This document shows positions 63,384-64,000 of a stretch of DNA of 64,000 nt, piece by piece. A program made the translations under genes and the position numbers. The first letter of the stretch is position 1. Each line of letters begins with the position of its first letter. The DNA comes from Gammaproteobacteria bacterium. GTDB taxonomy: Bacteria; Pseudomonadota; Gammaproteobacteria; Xanthomonadales; SZUA-5. The notes beneath the pieces are model-generated. The model was not told where the DNA came from. It did no database searches and saw only the letters and a program-made list of their open reading frames with translations. Where the stretch lies: assembly GCA_030430155.1 (NCBI GenBank), contig JAUIFV010000003.1, forward strand, positions 7,166-71,165. Direction: 5' to 3'.

Positions 63384-64000
63384 TCAGCCGCTTGGCACCA
63401 CCATCAAGTCGCGCCGTTCGGCGGCTTCGTGGATGCGCAGGCGCAGATCCTCGGCACCTAGGGGGCCGTAGCTGGGCGCCGACAGCACGCGCGCGCTGAC
63501 GCTGTGCGGGGTGGCCAGGCAGAAGGCGGCAAAGCCGCTGACGCTGTCGGCACGAGGCTCCCCGTGATAGCCACCCACCACCGCGCCGCCCTGAAAGCCG
63601 CCGCCCGGACGGTCCAGGAAGCTGGTGTTCACGGCGAAATAGAACTGCCCTTCGGGCGCGCCGCCGATCTCGCCATCGAGCACGCTGACGCTGGTTTCAT
63701 AATAGCCCGGAGTCAACTCCAGTGCGCTTTCGAAGGCTTGGGCCAGAGTCACGCTGATAGTGCTCTCGAAAACGACTTCCACGCCGCTTTCATCCCGCCG
63801 CGCCACCCGCAGCAGTACCGGTAGCGAGCCCTGCTCGTCGGTCCAGGGGTTGCCAGTCAGCATCAGCGTTACACGCTGCGCCTCAGCGCTCGGGTTGGCG
63901 ATGTTGAAACCGGCGAATCCGGGCTGGCTACGATCGATCAGCCCGCCAAAATTCAAGCCGCCCTGCAGCAAGCGGTCACCCGATTCGTCGAGCAGCAGTT
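63384..64000 (-). CDS. hypothetical protein (partial; N-terminus beyond window end)
   Basis: The ORF stays open to the window edge (..LLLDESGDRLLQGGLNFGGLIDRSQPGFAGFNIANP...). Codon usage is typical of the host. No motif recognised. Confidence 0.55.
   Translation of the reverse strand, partial: LLLDESGDRLLQGGLNFGGLIDRSQPGFAGFNIANPSAEAQRVTLMLTGNPWTDEQGSLPVLLRVARRDESGVEVVFESTISVTLAQAFESALELTPGYYETSVSVLDGEIGGAPEGQFYFAVNTSFLDRPGGGFQGGAVVGGYHGEPRADSVSGFAAFCLATPHSVSARVLSAPSYGPLGAEDLRLRIHEAAERRDLMVVPSG

Overview
High-GC proteobacterial chromosomal segment: the 60-nt lines I counted in core genes are about 65% G+C. Two housekeeping blocks flank an accessory region at about 6.2-35.5 kb. The first block (1-6.3 kb) has a response-regulator fragment, yhdH-type reductase, lpdA, gdhA, an acyltransferase and a small secreted protein. 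The second (35.5-47.9 kb) has a uvrA/thioesterase/PspF-like operon, a WecA-like transferase, wecB, an SDR and lhr. The accessory region starts with two tandem 5'-truncated Y1 (IS200/RAYT-like) transposase remnants. The rest is a roughly 25-kb run of five co-directional minus-strand genes. In order they encode a secreted glycine-rich predicted beta-helix protein (475 aa), a 2633-aa protein with 20 tandem ~97-aa Ig/cadherin-like repeats, and a translationally coupled 2638-aa protein. That third protein carries a prenyltransferase-like toroid, CarboxypepD_reg-like domains, CARDB, an FG-GAP propeller, 8 Calx-beta-like repeats and a C-terminal TM sorting-like tail. A REP-filled spacer follows, then a 2287-aa Rhs/YD-repeat protein with an atypical N-terminal module and a low-GC C-terminal HNH nuclease tip, then a low-GC putative immunity gene. 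No T6SS, T5SS/CdiB, T1SS or T7SS component is visible in the window, so this locus is my best candidate for an undescribed toxin display or delivery system. This is a hypothesis only; a secretion system encoded elsewhere cannot be excluded. The right third (48-64 kb) is rich in c-di-GMP genes: GAF-GGDEF-EAL, PAS-GGDEF-EAL and a YfiR-like-domain/GGDEF fusion. It also holds a TPR membrane protein, a double thioredoxin-fold GST-like protein, two copies of a ~165-bp MITE-like inverted-repeat element, a TonB-dependent receptor and a partial unknown ORF. I found no rRNA, tRNA or CRISPR array. Many long ORFs in the track are antisense artefacts of the high GC content.
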